Shown here piece by piece: positions 38,916 through 48,179 of a stretch of DNA of 64,000 bases. The stretch lies in the IMG/VR virus record IMGVR_UViG_3300032243_000867, positions 160,001 through 224,000 of that record; one strand, 5' to 3'. The stretch comes from a virus (Duplodnaviria; Caudoviricetes). The position numbers were made by a program, and so were the translations under genes. How positions within the stretch are numbered: position 1 is the stretch's first letter; the number at the start of each line of letters is the position of its first letter. The notes below the pieces were generated by a model that saw only the letters and a program-made list of their open reading frames with translations, searched no databases and was not told the origin of the DNA.

Positions 38916-40589
38916 ATGAACCACCGCCGCACCCGAACCGCCGACGTGCCCAAGAAGTACGAGCACATCGATTTCAAGCCCCCGCAGTCGGTGGCCGACG
39001 AGGCCGAGAAGGGCCTTGAGTACCGGGAGAAGGCCAGCCCGTCGAACAAGGGCGGGCTCACCCCGGCGGAAGCGGCCAAGCAGGGCATCGGTAGTGGGGT
39101 GCAGCGTGCGGTGAACCTCAAGAACCGCGACAACACCTCCCCCGAGGTCATCAAGCAGATGGCGGCGTTCTTCTCGCGCCACGAGAAGAACAAAGGTGTC
39201 TCTCCCGAGCACAAGGGGGAACCTTGGAACGACAAGGGCAACGTCGCGTGGTTGATCTGGGGCGGCGACTCCGGGCGGGCGTGGGCTGAAAAGGTGAAGA
39301 AGCAGATGGAAACCGCTGACGAGAAGGCGAAGAAGAAGGCTGATATCTCCCCGCCGCTGGGCGTGAAGGGTGGCCCGTGCAAGGTGGTCGAGAGGATCAA
39401 CAACGCCATTCGCAACCCCTCCATGCGGACCGACCTCATCGAGGATGCCCAGACGGGAGACCTGTCAAATCAAGACGCCCGAAAGGTCTACCCACTCGAC
39501 ACGGAGAGCGGGTCTGGGTTCAAGAGTTTCACCATCCTGCCCCATGCCCAGTTCCGCATGGATTACCGATCCATCACGGTCAAGGACGTGGAGGCGGCGC
39601 TCAACTCCTTCATCGTCCACGCGCAGGGTCTACAGAGGTCGAACCCTCGCCAGTACGAAGCTTTGATGGCGCAAGACAAGATCGAATGGATCGACCCCAA
39701 GACGCGCCTGAAAATCGTCTTCGCCACCGACGCAGGGCGCATCGAGATCGTCACCGTGTTCTGGAAGGGTCGGCAAGATCCTCCCCCTGCCGTCTGCGAG
39801 ACGCCTTTCAGGAACCTTGCCCGTCGCGTCGCAGCCCAACACCAGATGAAGGATCTGACCTCCGTGACCGAGTACGAACCCCCCTTTCAAGTTATCGAGG
39901 CCGAGCTCACGGTGCTGGAATCCCTCTGGTCGGACATCCAAGCGGTGCTCGATACCTACGCGGAGACGGTGCCCATGCCGCACGTCGGGCGCATCGCCGC
40001 CGCCGACCTCGCCCTGCACTCGCAGACGGAGGTGTTCGTCAAGTGCGAGCACGCGATGCGACACGCGGAGCGTGTAGTCAATATGTGTCGCACGCAGCTT
40101 CAACTCAGCCCCGGCAACGAGACGGTTTCCTCGTTCCTGCGGGACGCGCAGATGTTGTATGACCGCTTCTCGGAGGGGCGTGCGGCGGCGCGGGAAGTTC
40201 TCTCCGCGATGAGCCAGAAGATCCTGCCCGTTGCGCTGAAAAGCATCGTCGCGGAGGCGGTAGACGCCGTGAAGGCCGTCACCCGGTACCCGAACAGCGT
40301 GACCGTGAAGATTCACGCCCACATGGCCCCGGTGGAGCTCAACAACGGGGTGGTGTCGGCGCAGGTCTTCGACGCCTACGTCACCGTCTACCCGCTGCCG
40401 AAGGACGAATCCCCCGCCTACCAGCAGCTCGTGTTCACTCAACGCACCCTCGGCGACACCAACGTCTACCTCACGGTGATCGACCGCACGAACGCGGAAG
40501 CCCCCGCCAAGCCCGTGAAGGTCACGGACGGGGAGACCGCCGCCAAGAAGATCCTCGCCTCCCTCAAGGGCTGGTCGGGCTTCGTTTGA
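38916..40589 (+). CDS. Multi-module putative cargo protein (phage head-associated-type module + DUF4258/RelE-like module + helical C-terminal module)
   Basis: PPQSVADEAEKGL..FFSRHEKNK..AWLIWGG..AWA; ILPHAQFRMDYRSIT..DV..IVTVFW; separated by RTA, KKA and RRVAAQH. Confidence 0.6.
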   Translation: MNHRRTRTADVPKKYEHIDFKPPQSVADEAEKGLEYREKASPSNKGGLTPAEAAKQGIGSGVQRAVNLKNRDNTSPEVIKQMAAFFSRHEKNKGVSPEHKGEPWNDKGNVAWLIWGGDSGRAWAEKVKKQMETADEKAKKKADISPPLGVKGGPCKVVERINNAIRNPSMRTDLIEDAQTGDLSNQDARKVYPLDTESGSGFKSFTILPHAQFRMDYRSITVKDVEAALNSFIVHAQGLQRSNPRQYEALMAQDKIEWIDPKTRLKIVFATDAGRIEIVTVFWKGRQDPPPAVCETPFRNLARRVAAQHQMKDLTSVTEYEPPFQVIEAELTVLESLWSDIQAVLDTYAETVPMPHVGRIAAADLALHSQTEVFVKCEHAMRHAERVVNMCRTQLQLSPGNETVSSFLRDAQMLYDRFSEGRAAAREVLSAMSQKILPVALKSIVAEAVDAVKAVTRYPNSVTVKIHAHMAPVELNNGVVSAQVFDAYVTVYPLPKDESPAYQQLVFTQRTLGDTNVYLTVIDRTNAEAPAKPVKVTDGETAAKKILASLKGWSGFV

Positions 40590-40632
40590 CCGTCTATCCC
40601 CCCCCCCACCCCGTAGGGAAGGTTCCATCTCA

Positions 40633-41001
40633 ATGAGCGACCAAGCACTTCGTTCCAAGCTGATCCGTCTGGCTCACAACAACCCGGAGCTCCGTCCGCA
40701 TCTCATGCCCCTGCTGGGCAAAACGGCAGGACCGTTCGAGTCAGTCGATTCGAGCAAGTCGGATTACGGGGCGGCGCAGAGAGCCATGAACGACGCCATC
40801 GCCTACCTGCGGATGGCTGAAGAAAACGCGAGCAAAGCGTTCGACCACGCCATCGACGGGGCCGAACAGAACCCCGGGCAGGGTCATAACCTCTTGGTCA
40901 AGAGCATTGCCCAGGTCCACGACGCCCTGGAGGACTGCCGTCGCTCGCAGAGCCGTCCGATGCACGAAGCCTTTGAGGCTCTGACGAACCTCGCCCGCTA
41001 A
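40633..41001 (+). CDS. Small helical protein with N-terminal LRSKLIRLAH..LLGKTA leader
   Basis: 122 aa; strong codon bias. Confidence 0.65.
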   Translation: MSDQALRSKLIRLAHNNPELRPHLMPLLGKTAGPFESVDSSKSDYGAAQRAMNDAIAYLRMAEENASKAFDHAIDGAEQNPGQGHNLLVKSIAQVHDALEDCRRSQSRPMHEAFEALTNLAR

Positions 41002-41004
41002 CGA

Positions 41005-41559
41005 CTAGCGAGGGCGCTTCACCCAGCACGGTAGGCACACCGGGACGTACTCCCCCGCCCCGCCTACCAGCACGTCCCCGTCCTTCTTGACCCGGCACGC
41101 CGTCCGGGTGGCATCCCCCCCGCACGCGCAGATCGCCGTGAGCTTCTCCACCCGGTCCGCGAGGCACATGAGGTGCCCCATCGGCCCGAAGGGTCCGCCC
41201 TCGCTGGTGAGGTCCAAGCCCGCCGCGACGACGTGAACACCCTGCTCGACGAGCTTCCCCACCCACAGCGGAAGGTCAATGTCAAAGAACTGGGCTTCTT
41301 CGATCACCATCAGGTCGGGCGCGGGCGTGGGCATCGCCCGGTACAGGTCCGCCGAGCTTGTCACCACGCGGGGCTTCACGTCCAGCGATTCGAGGGTGAG
41401 TCCGCTATGGGTGACGACCTGTCCTTTGCTGCGAGTGTCTATCTTGGGCACCACCACGTCCACGCGCTTCTTGGAACGGAGCGCGCGAGAGACGTAGCGG
41501 TAGTACAGGGTGGTAGACTTCTCGGCGTACATGGGGCCGGTTACGACGGTCAGCGGCAT
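41005..41559 (-). CDS. tdk: Thymidine kinase (type II)
   Basis: VVTGPMYAEKST, IEEAQFF, AAGLD..F, EKLTAIC.C..A.RT, VGG..Y..VC..C. Confidence 0.88.
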   Translation of the reverse strand: MPLTVVTGPMYAEKSTTLYYRYVSRALRSKKRVDVVVPKIDTRSKGQVVTHSGLTLESLDVKPRVVTSSADLYRAMPTPAPDLMVIEEAQFFDIDLPLWVGKLVEQGVHVVAAGLDLTSEGGPFGPMGHLMCLADRVEKLTAICACGGDATRTACRVKKDGDVLVGGAGEYVPVCLPCWVKRPR

Positions 41560-41595
41560 GGCGTCCTAACGATACGTCTATTGCCCCCGCACTGT

Positions 41596-41772
41596 GTGGG
41601 GAACAGGTTTCCACAGGAAGATCGCTGGTGCTCTCTCGAACCCGAAGACCCCTGCGAGCACAAGTACCTGCGGGTAGGAATCAACGGGTTCGTTTGCGCG
41701 GTGTGTGAGGAGCCCGTGCGGTTTTCCCCGCACGATCTGGTAAAGGACGACGGCCCCCCATCACGCACCTGA
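41596..41772 (+). CDS. Small putative Zn-binding protein
   Basis: GTG start with GTCTAT-N14; CEH..FVCAVC. Confidence 0.35.
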   Translation: MGNRFPQEDRWCSLEPEDPCEHKYLRVGINGFVCAVCEEPVRFSPHDLVKDDGPPSRT

Positions 41773-41880
41773 ACCCTACCAATTCTCCGCGAGAATCGCA
41801 CGGTATGCGGGCTACCGCGTCCTCATCCTTGGTGAAGTAGGAGAGTCCCTCCGCCCGCCTACGGGTTTTTTGCTCGGGCC

Positions 41881-42309
41881 TCATGGACCTTTTCGGACGA
41901 TGTCCTCGGCCTCGGCCAGAACGGACTTCGGCACCTTCCACGTCTTCTCCTCCGCGTACCAGCGGGCTCCGATGGCCTTGAGCTTTTCCTTCACGTCGTA
42001 GGTGCGACCGCGCACCGGGACGTAGTCGTCTTTAGACGACACCCCCGACAGGATGCGCGTCTCGTCCAAGGAGAGGTACAGAACCGCCCCGCGCAGCACC
42101 AGCCCGTTGTTTCCGCCACGGGCACGGTAGAACCGGGTAGCCCGTTCGTTCTCGGGAATCTCGAACGGTTGCGCCTCCCACCAAGTGGAACCGTCCGGGG
42201 CGAGGTGCTTGTAAGTACCCGGAGCGCCGAGAAGTTTGGCAATCTCTCCTTCGCTCTTCGGGGGGACGATCTCAGAAGTCTCGCCCGAGACGGGAATCAA
42301 GGTGGACAT
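41881..42309 (-). CDS. Hypothetical protein with C-terminal DUF5710-like module
   Basis: TYDVKEKLKAIGARW..KTWKV; GCGGGCGTAA (42318-42327) 8 nt upstream of the ATG. Confidence 0.65.
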   Translation of the reverse strand: MSTLIPVSGETSEIVPPKSEGEIAKLLGAPGTYKHLAPDGSTWWEAQPFEIPENERATRFYRARGGNNGLVLRGAVLYLSLDETRILSGVSSKDDYVPVRGRTYDVKEKLKAIGARWYAEEKTWKVPKSVLAEAEDIVRKGP

Positions 42310-42342
42310 GACCGACGTTACGCCCGCGCGTAGGGTAGAGGA

Positions 42343-42636
42343 ATGAACTTGACGGATTCGGAAGAAGTCAGCTTGCGAACCCGCGCCAACCTCGGGCGCA
42401 GCTACTTGGGAGTTCCGGCGTTCTTCTTGACCATCGTCGGGGCAACCGTGGCGCTCGTTGCCCCCGTTGCTCACGAACCCGACAAAGCCGTGTACGGCGT
42501 GTACACCTTGGGAGCGGCCTTCGCCCTCTACCTACTCGGTGAGGTGGCGAACTTTCGGCGGGCGCGTGCTCGGGCCATCGTGCAGATGATTGACCGGGAG
42601 CGCGCCTTCAGTTCGTCTATGACCCCCTTGGAGTAG
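42343..42636 (+). CDS. Small membrane protein (2 TM)
   Basis: Two hydrophobic segments; AGAGGA SD. Confidence 0.55.
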   Translation: MNLTDSEEVSLRTRANLGRSYLGVPAFFLTIVGATVALVAPVAHEPDKAVYGVYTLGAAFALYLLGEVANFRRARARAIVQMIDRERAFSSSMTPLE

Positions 42637-42643
42637 GGAACGA

Positions 42644-42772
42644 ATGCGAAAAGCAGCACAGGCACGGCCCCGTCGAACGAACAGCCCGGAAACGAAAGAG
42701 AAAATGCGCCAGTCCGCTATCGAGGCGCATCGCGCTCGACGAGAGAAAACCTCAATGATTTCGGAGGGTTGA
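42644..42772 (+). pseudogene. 42 aa NUMOD3-like remnant of a homing endonuclease
   Basis: MRKAAQARPRRTNSPETKEKMRQSAIEAHRARRE; A-rich codons; not in the ORF track. Confidence 0.5.
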
Positions 42773-42773
42773 G

Positions 42774-43655
42774 ATGTCGTTTGGCTGGCTAGGGTTTTTT
42801 CGCGCCGGGGCGTGGCTCTCCTACCGCACTTTCGTCCTTAATCAACGCCGGGACGTAGGCGCGCGTATCACCGCTATCAACGCGGAACTCGACCGCATTG
42901 GGTACGTTCGCATTCTGTACGCGGCGAACGCGAACAACCGGAACGTTCTGACCGAGAGGCGCATCGGGCTAGACGTTACGCCGAACACTTCCATCGAGCA
43001 GCTACTCCGCGCCTACATCGCGGCGGGGGGCAACCCCTTCGACATCTCGATGTTTCTCACCCCAGAATCTATCGAGGTGACGGAGAACGCTTCGGAACCG
43101 AACGCAGACGGGACGCTCTCCCAGACCTCGGTGAGACAGACGCAGCCCTACGGGGGGATCGCTACCTCTGCCACTACCGACCCTGTGACACCCGGCTTGT
43201 ATATGGGAGGTTGGCTCCCCCTGTGGAGGTATCCCCCGCGCCGCTTCGGAAACACCGTAAGCTACACGGCCCAGGCTGCGGACATGACCCGGACGATTCA
43301 CGCGACGCGGGAATGGGTGACTCAGGAGATTCGTACCCTTCGGAACGATCTCGAAGCCCGGATCATCAAGCTCATGGATCTCCGCGAACAGCTCACCAAG
43401 GAGAGGGACGAGCTCCTACCGCAGTCCGTCGCCGGGGCGGTGCCGAGCATTCCATGGTCCGACAACGGTCAGTTTGCCGTGAGCCACAACGTCGCCCCTA
43501 TCGTCGAGGGTATCGACGCGGTTTTCTTTCCGACGAAGCTCCCGGACGGGAGGCGGGATTTCGACAACCCGCGTGTGTCGGGTCCGAACCCAGAGAGTCC
43601 GATGCTCCTGGACGACGCGCCGAACGGCGAAGAGGATTTTTGCGCGATTGGTTGA
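42774..43655 (+). CDS. Putative virion/baseplate-associated protein, 293 aa
   Basis: GGAGG SD; first gene of the baseplate run. Confidence 0.55.
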   Translation: MSFGWLGFFRAGAWLSYRTFVLNQRRDVGARITAINAELDRIGYVRILYAANANNRNVLTERRIGLDVTPNTSIEQLLRAYIAAGGNPFDISMFLTPESIEVTENASEPNADGTLSQTSVRQTQPYGGIATSATTDPVTPGLYMGGWLPLWRYPPRRFGNTVSYTAQAADMTRTIHATREWVTQEIRTLRNDLEARIIKLMDLREQLTKERDELLPQSVAGAVPSIPWSDNGQFAVSHNVAPIVEGIDAVFFPTKLPDGRRDFDNPRVSGPNPESPMLLDDAPNGEEDFCAIG

Positions 43656-43691
43656 AGCGGTTTCCCCGCTATTGCACGCCCACGGTGAACC

Positions 43692-44795
43692 ATGTCGCTC
43701 GACGTGCAATTGGCTTTTTTGTGCCCCCACCTGATCGGTGAGGAACGGGTTGCTCTGGGTAGCGACCGCCGCACGTTGTACACGTCAAAGCCCATCAACG
43801 GACCGTCCCTTCTACGAGTGCAGGCCAACGACGGGACGGACATCTCCCCTTACACGGGGCTTGTGACGCTCGCTTCGGTGAAGTCGTACCGCCGCGAGCC
43901 GTACAAGATCACCCTTGCGACCCGAACGCTCGTCGTCGTCTCCCAGACGGGTACGGCCACCGTGACGTTTCCCCAGGGGTACCTATCGGCGGCGCGGGTA
44001 ACGGACGCCCTCAACGCCGGGGCGGGGAGCCTCATCGTGGCGGCAGCTTCCACAACGGGCTACGTCACGATCACGGACAAGGGCAATCCCGGACCCGCTT
44101 CGCGCGTGCAACTCTCGGGAAGCGCGCTGGAACCTCTCGGGTTCGACCTTCAATCGGGCGCGAAGGGGCGCACGGTTGTCCCGCCGTGGAGGCTGTACTC
44201 TCGGAACGTCGTGAACCCGCAGGATGCCGTGGATTCCCTCGGGTACTACGTCGGGTTCGATGCCCCCGTATCGCAGAACCCCTACTTCACGGTGACGTAC
44301 ACCGTGGCCCCGAACCTGTGCCTTCGGTGCCTGACCACGGAGGTCGAGAACGATTACCGCTTCGACGCGCAGGGCGCGGCGCTGGTGGTGAAGGACGAGA
44401 ACCTCCTGTACCAATCCGTCCTGAAGTACCTTCTCACCGACATCAAATCGAATATGTACCACCCGTGGTACGGAAGCACTCTGAAGTCCCTTATCGGCAC
44501 GAAGGTTCTGAGCGGCGCGGCGGCGGGTATCCGTCAGTCGGTGAGCACGGCGCTGTCTACCTTCAAGGCGTTGCAGGACGCCCAAGCGAAGTACCAACGG
44601 ATCACGGCCAAGGAGAGACTTTTCTCCGTGGACAACATCGCCGTGGCTCAGTCCCCCGTTGATCCGACGGTGTTCTACGTTCAGGTCAGCGTGCGAAACT
44701 ACGCGAACGAACCCGTGGACATCACCATCGCGTACGCGGCACCGGGGACGTTCGCGCTACCGGGCACCAACCAGATCTCACTAGGGAACTATTGA
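43692..44795 (+). CDS. Baseplate wedge protein with C-terminal gp25-like domain
   Basis: LLYQSVLKYLLT..YHPWYGSTL..LIG matches the gp25/GPW pattern; directly upstream of baseplate J. Confidence 0.75.
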   Translation: MSLDVQLAFLCPHLIGEERVALGSDRRTLYTSKPINGPSLLRVQANDGTDISPYTGLVTLASVKSYRREPYKITLATRTLVVVSQTGTATVTFPQGYLSAARVTDALNAGAGSLIVAAASTTGYVTITDKGNPGPASRVQLSGSALEPLGFDLQSGAKGRTVVPPWRLYSRNVVNPQDAVDSLGYYVGFDAPVSQNPYFTVTYTVAPNLCLRCLTTEVENDYRFDAQGAALVVKDENLLYQSVLKYLLTDIKSNMYHPWYGSTLKSLIGTKVLSGAAAGIRQSVSTALSTFKALQDAQAKYQRITAKERLFSVDNIAVAQSPVDPTVFYVQVSVRNYANEPVDITIAYAAPGTFALPGTNQISLGNY

Positions 44796-47700
44796 TGGCC
44801 ACCTCGGTACAGATTCTCGGTCCCGACAATGTCCTCCGGGAAACCCTCATCTTTAGCACGACGCAGACCGCCCGGTTCTTCACGGGGGTTCTCCCCGATG
44901 ACACGGTGGACGTGGAGGTGTCCCTCTTCGGCCAGCCTTTCACCACGGACCCGACGCTGGTCGCGTTTCAGGGCACGGGCTTCGTTGTCCCGAACCCCAC
45001 GGCATACCCCGGCGGGTTGGACCTTTTCTCGGGCGACAACGAGATTCAGGTCCGGGCCGTGTTCCTCTCGGGGACTCGTTCGCCCGCCGCGACCGCCACG
45101 GTGCATCTCCTTCCGGCGAACCAGTCCGAGACTTTCTCCCCTCCCACGGGCGTCACCCTCGAACGTCTGGACGGGTCGGTGAAGGTGACGGTGCTCGGGC
45201 TCTCGGACGCCCGCATTGTCGGATACAACTTCTACGCTTCGTCCACGCAAGGGGGCGGGACGGCGGGTTACTCTCTTCTCAACGTGAACCGGGTGACTAC
45301 GGGGACGCCCGTTCAGAACGTCACCGACCTCTACACCCTCACGGCGGACAACGTAGCTCAGACGGCCACGCCCCTCTACTACCGGGCGGTTATCACGCAA
45401 GAGAACAGCGCCGAGACGGTTCTATCGACGGACGTAGACTCGCGGGTGGAGATCCCCAGTGCGGTGACGGCTCTTCGGTCTACCGTGACGGTTTCCTCCG
45501 TCGAGACTCTCACCTACTACAGCTTTCAGCACAACCGCTCTGCCTCGGCGCTATCTATCCCCGCCACGATCTTCAACGGGGTGTTCGCTAGCACCCCGGC
45601 GACGGACCTTCTGTACTACGTCTCCACGGCGATCTACTACGACAGCATCCTTCGGGTGGAGTACGAGTCGTACTACTCCACGGAGGTGACGGGGGCTCCC
45701 GCGCAAGTACGCCAACAGATCAACGGCATCACCGCCGTGTCTCGGCAACAGGTTCTGGAGAACGCCATCGCTAGCATCTACCGGCAAAACCCCGACATCG
45801 CGGTTCAACCGGGCTCGGTGGTGCGGGATACGTTCCTCGACCCGTTCACCACGGAGGCCGAACGTCTCCGTCTCATGCTGGACTACGTGTACCGCGCGAG
45901 TTCGTTCGACACCCTGCTCTTGGTAGACGACCCCTCGGGATCGGGAGTCTCTCAGCCCCCGGCTTCCTCCCCCTACAAGACCGCGCTAGCGGCGGCGCTG
46001 TTCTACGCGAACGTGGACGACGTGCAAAACGTCATCGACGGAAGCTTCGACAAGATCGCCGCGAACTTCGACGTGTTCCGCCTCGCGGGCACCCCCGCCG
46101 TGGGGGAGGTTCGCTTCTACACCTCCGCCGTTCCCTCCCAGACCGTTCAGATTCCTCTGGGAACGGTGGTGAAGGGCGGTGGGGTTGATTTCCGAACTAC
46201 GCGCTCCGCGTCGATGCCGGTGTCCCAGCTCGCTTCGTTCTACAACCCCTCCACCCGCCTTTACTCGGTCACGGTGCCGGTGCGGGCGATCAGCGTGGGG
46301 GCATCTACGAACGTCGGCCCGAACCAACTCACCAACTCGAACGTGTACGGGATGTCCGTTACGAACGATGCGGCGACCTTCGGCGGCGCGGACATCGAGA
46401 CCAATGCGCGTCTCGCCGCCCGCGCCCGGAACTCCCTCGCTTCGGTGGATACGGGTACGACCCTCGGGTATCTCCAAACGGCAGCGGGGGTGCCGGGAAC
46501 GATCCAGAACATGGTAGTCCGGGCGGGCGACCCCCTCATGCAGCGGGACTACGACACCACTCTTCAGCGGCACTTGGGCGGGAAGGTAGACGTGTGGGCG
46601 CGGGGGCTCCGCACCGTCACCGTCACGGACTCCTTCGCGTTCACCTACGAACGCCGAGACGGCGTGCAGTTCGTCGTGATCGGCAACCCGATGAACTACG
46701 TGTTCCGAGCGGTGAGCGAAGAGGTGACGCCCGACAACCCTCTGGCCGCGATGCTGTACTACCCTTCGCTGGACCTGGGGCTGAAGAACGTGACAACGGG
46801 CACGACGTTCAACCTCACCAACGTCACCTACCTGAACTTCAATACCATCCAGCTCGACGCGACCCTCACGCAACCGCCCGTCACCCTCACGGACATCGTG
46901 CTAGGGGACTTCCGGTTCCGCCTCGGAAACAAGCACACCTTCGTGCGCCAGCCCGTGAACGCTGTGTCTTCGGTGGTCGGAGACGTTACGGGGTCGCTAG
47001 ACTTCGACTTGTTCTCTCTGGTTCACCCGAACGGGCCTCTGGGCCTCGGGTGCAGCACCAAGGCCGGAGACTACCTCCAGATCAACCAGTCCACCGACCC
47101 GGCGGCGGTTACTCCCTCGGGGAACCTCATCCCGGTTTCTTCCGAACCCCACGTCATCACCGGGTTCTACACGGAGTACCTGTACTTCCTCGGTGCGGAG
47201 ACTCTCTCCATCGTGGTGAAGGACAACACCAACTCGATTACCTACAAGGGTCCCTACGATCCCAGCGGGTCGCCCGATTACCTCATCGTTGAGGGCACCT
47301 CGACCACGGCGGCGGGTATCAAGCGCACCTCGACCAGCGCGATCCCGGACGGCGCGGTCATTCTCATCTCGTACAGCTACTACGAGAACTTCGCCGTGAC
47401 CTACACGACGAACTTGGTGACCTCGGTGCTTCAGCAAGAGCTTGACGACATGGCTCACGCCACAGCGGACGTTCTCGCAAAACAAGCCGTTCTCACCCCG
47501 GTGGACATCACGGCTACGGTGATTCTGAAGAAGGGCGTGGACCGCGTGAACGCGGACCTCGCGATCCGCAACAATCTCCAGTACCTCGCGGGGACGCTCA
47601 AGCTCGGTGACCCGATGCGTCGCAGCGACGTGATCGGTGAGATCGACGGGACCGCCGGGGTGTCCTACGTCGTTGTCCCGCTCACAAAAATGGTACGGGC

Positions 47701-48160
47701 GACGGGGTGCCAGATCGTGCGGAACGATCTGGCTACGGGCTCCTTCGCGGACTCGTTCCTCATCCCCGATTGGTCCAACGGCCAGTATCAGACGTGGCTG
47801 ATTCTCGAAGAGCTCACGGCCCCGACCGCTACGGGGGGCGGGCCTATCAACGAGTTTCGTGGGGTGTACCAAGACGACAACGAGCTCACCCTTCAGTTGT
47901 CCGCGCCGCAGAACCTCGCCCTCGCTGGAGGGCAAGCCTACATCATCGGCAGCGAGGGTCAGGTGATCCCCGGTTACGGAACGGGTGCCGTGAAGAACCG
48001 TGTGCTGGTCTCCCTCCCCGTAGGGGACACCCCGACGAACCACACGTACTGGTGTACCTACACCACGTCGGAGGACGTGGGCGACAAGGACATCGACCCG
48101 AACTCGATGGAGTTCTTGGTGCTGGGTGATGTGCAAATTACGTTTGACGAGGATAGATAG
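44795..48160 (+). CDS. Baseplate J/gp6-like wedge protein
   Basis: PGSVVRD..DP, GEVRFY..IPLGT, FGGADIETN..L.AR, GGKVDVW, PVDITATV..G. Confidence 0.8.
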   Translation: MATSVQILGPDNVLRETLIFSTTQTARFFTGVLPDDTVDVEVSLFGQPFTTDPTLVAFQGTGFVVPNPTAYPGGLDLFSGDNEIQVRAVFLSGTRSPAATATVHLLPANQSETFSPPTGVTLERLDGSVKVTVLGLSDARIVGYNFYASSTQGGGTAGYSLLNVNRVTTGTPVQNVTDLYTLTADNVAQTATPLYYRAVITQENSAETVLSTDVDSRVEIPSAVTALRSTVTVSSVETLTYYSFQHNRSASALSIPATIFNGVFASTPATDLLYYVSTAIYYDSILRVEYESYYSTEVTGAPAQVRQQINGITAVSRQQVLENAIASIYRQNPDIAVQPGSVVRDTFLDPFTTEAERLRLMLDYVYRASSFDTLLLVDDPSGSGVSQPPASSPYKTALAAALFYANVDDVQNVIDGSFDKIAANFDVFRLAGTPAVGEVRFYTSAVPSQTVQIPLGTVVKGGGVDFRTTRSASMPVSQLASFYNPSTRLYSVTVPVRAISVGASTNVGPNQLTNSNVYGMSVTNDAATFGGADIETNARLAARARNSLASVDTGTTLGYLQTAAGVPGTIQNMVVRAGDPLMQRDYDTTLQRHLGGKVDVWARGLRTVTVTDSFAFTYERRDGVQFVVIGNPMNYVFRAVSEEVTPDNPLAAMLYYPSLDLGLKNVTTGTTFNLTNVTYLNFNTIQLDATLTQPPVTLTDIVLGDFRFRLGNKHTFVRQPVNAVSSVVGDVTGSLDFDLFSLVHPNGPLGLGCSTKAGDYLQINQSTDPAAVTPSGNLIPVSSEPHVITGFYTEYLYFLGAETLSIVVKDNTNSITYKGPYDPSGSPDYLIVEGTSTTAAGIKRTSTSAIPDGAVILISYSYYENFAVTYTTNLVTSVLQQELDDMAHATADVLAKQAVLTPVDITATVILKKGVDRVNADLAIRNNLQYLAGTLKLGDPMRRSDVIGEIDGTAGVSYVVVPLTKMVRATGCQIVRNDLATGSFADSFLIPDWSNGQYQTWLILEELTAPTATGGGPINEFRGVYQDDNELTLQLSAPQNLALAGGQAYIIGSEGQVIPGYGTGAVKNRVLVSLPVGDTPTNHTYWCTYTTSEDVGDKDIDPNSMEFLVLGDVQITFDEDR

Positions 48161-48179
48161 CTTATACCTCTCGGAGGGT

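Noticed and set aside
41854-41871. Intrinsic terminator (CCCG-ccta-CGGG-TTTTTT)
   Set aside because: Only a 4 bp stem, and it may lie within a small minus-strand ORF (ATG ~41884); too weak to call
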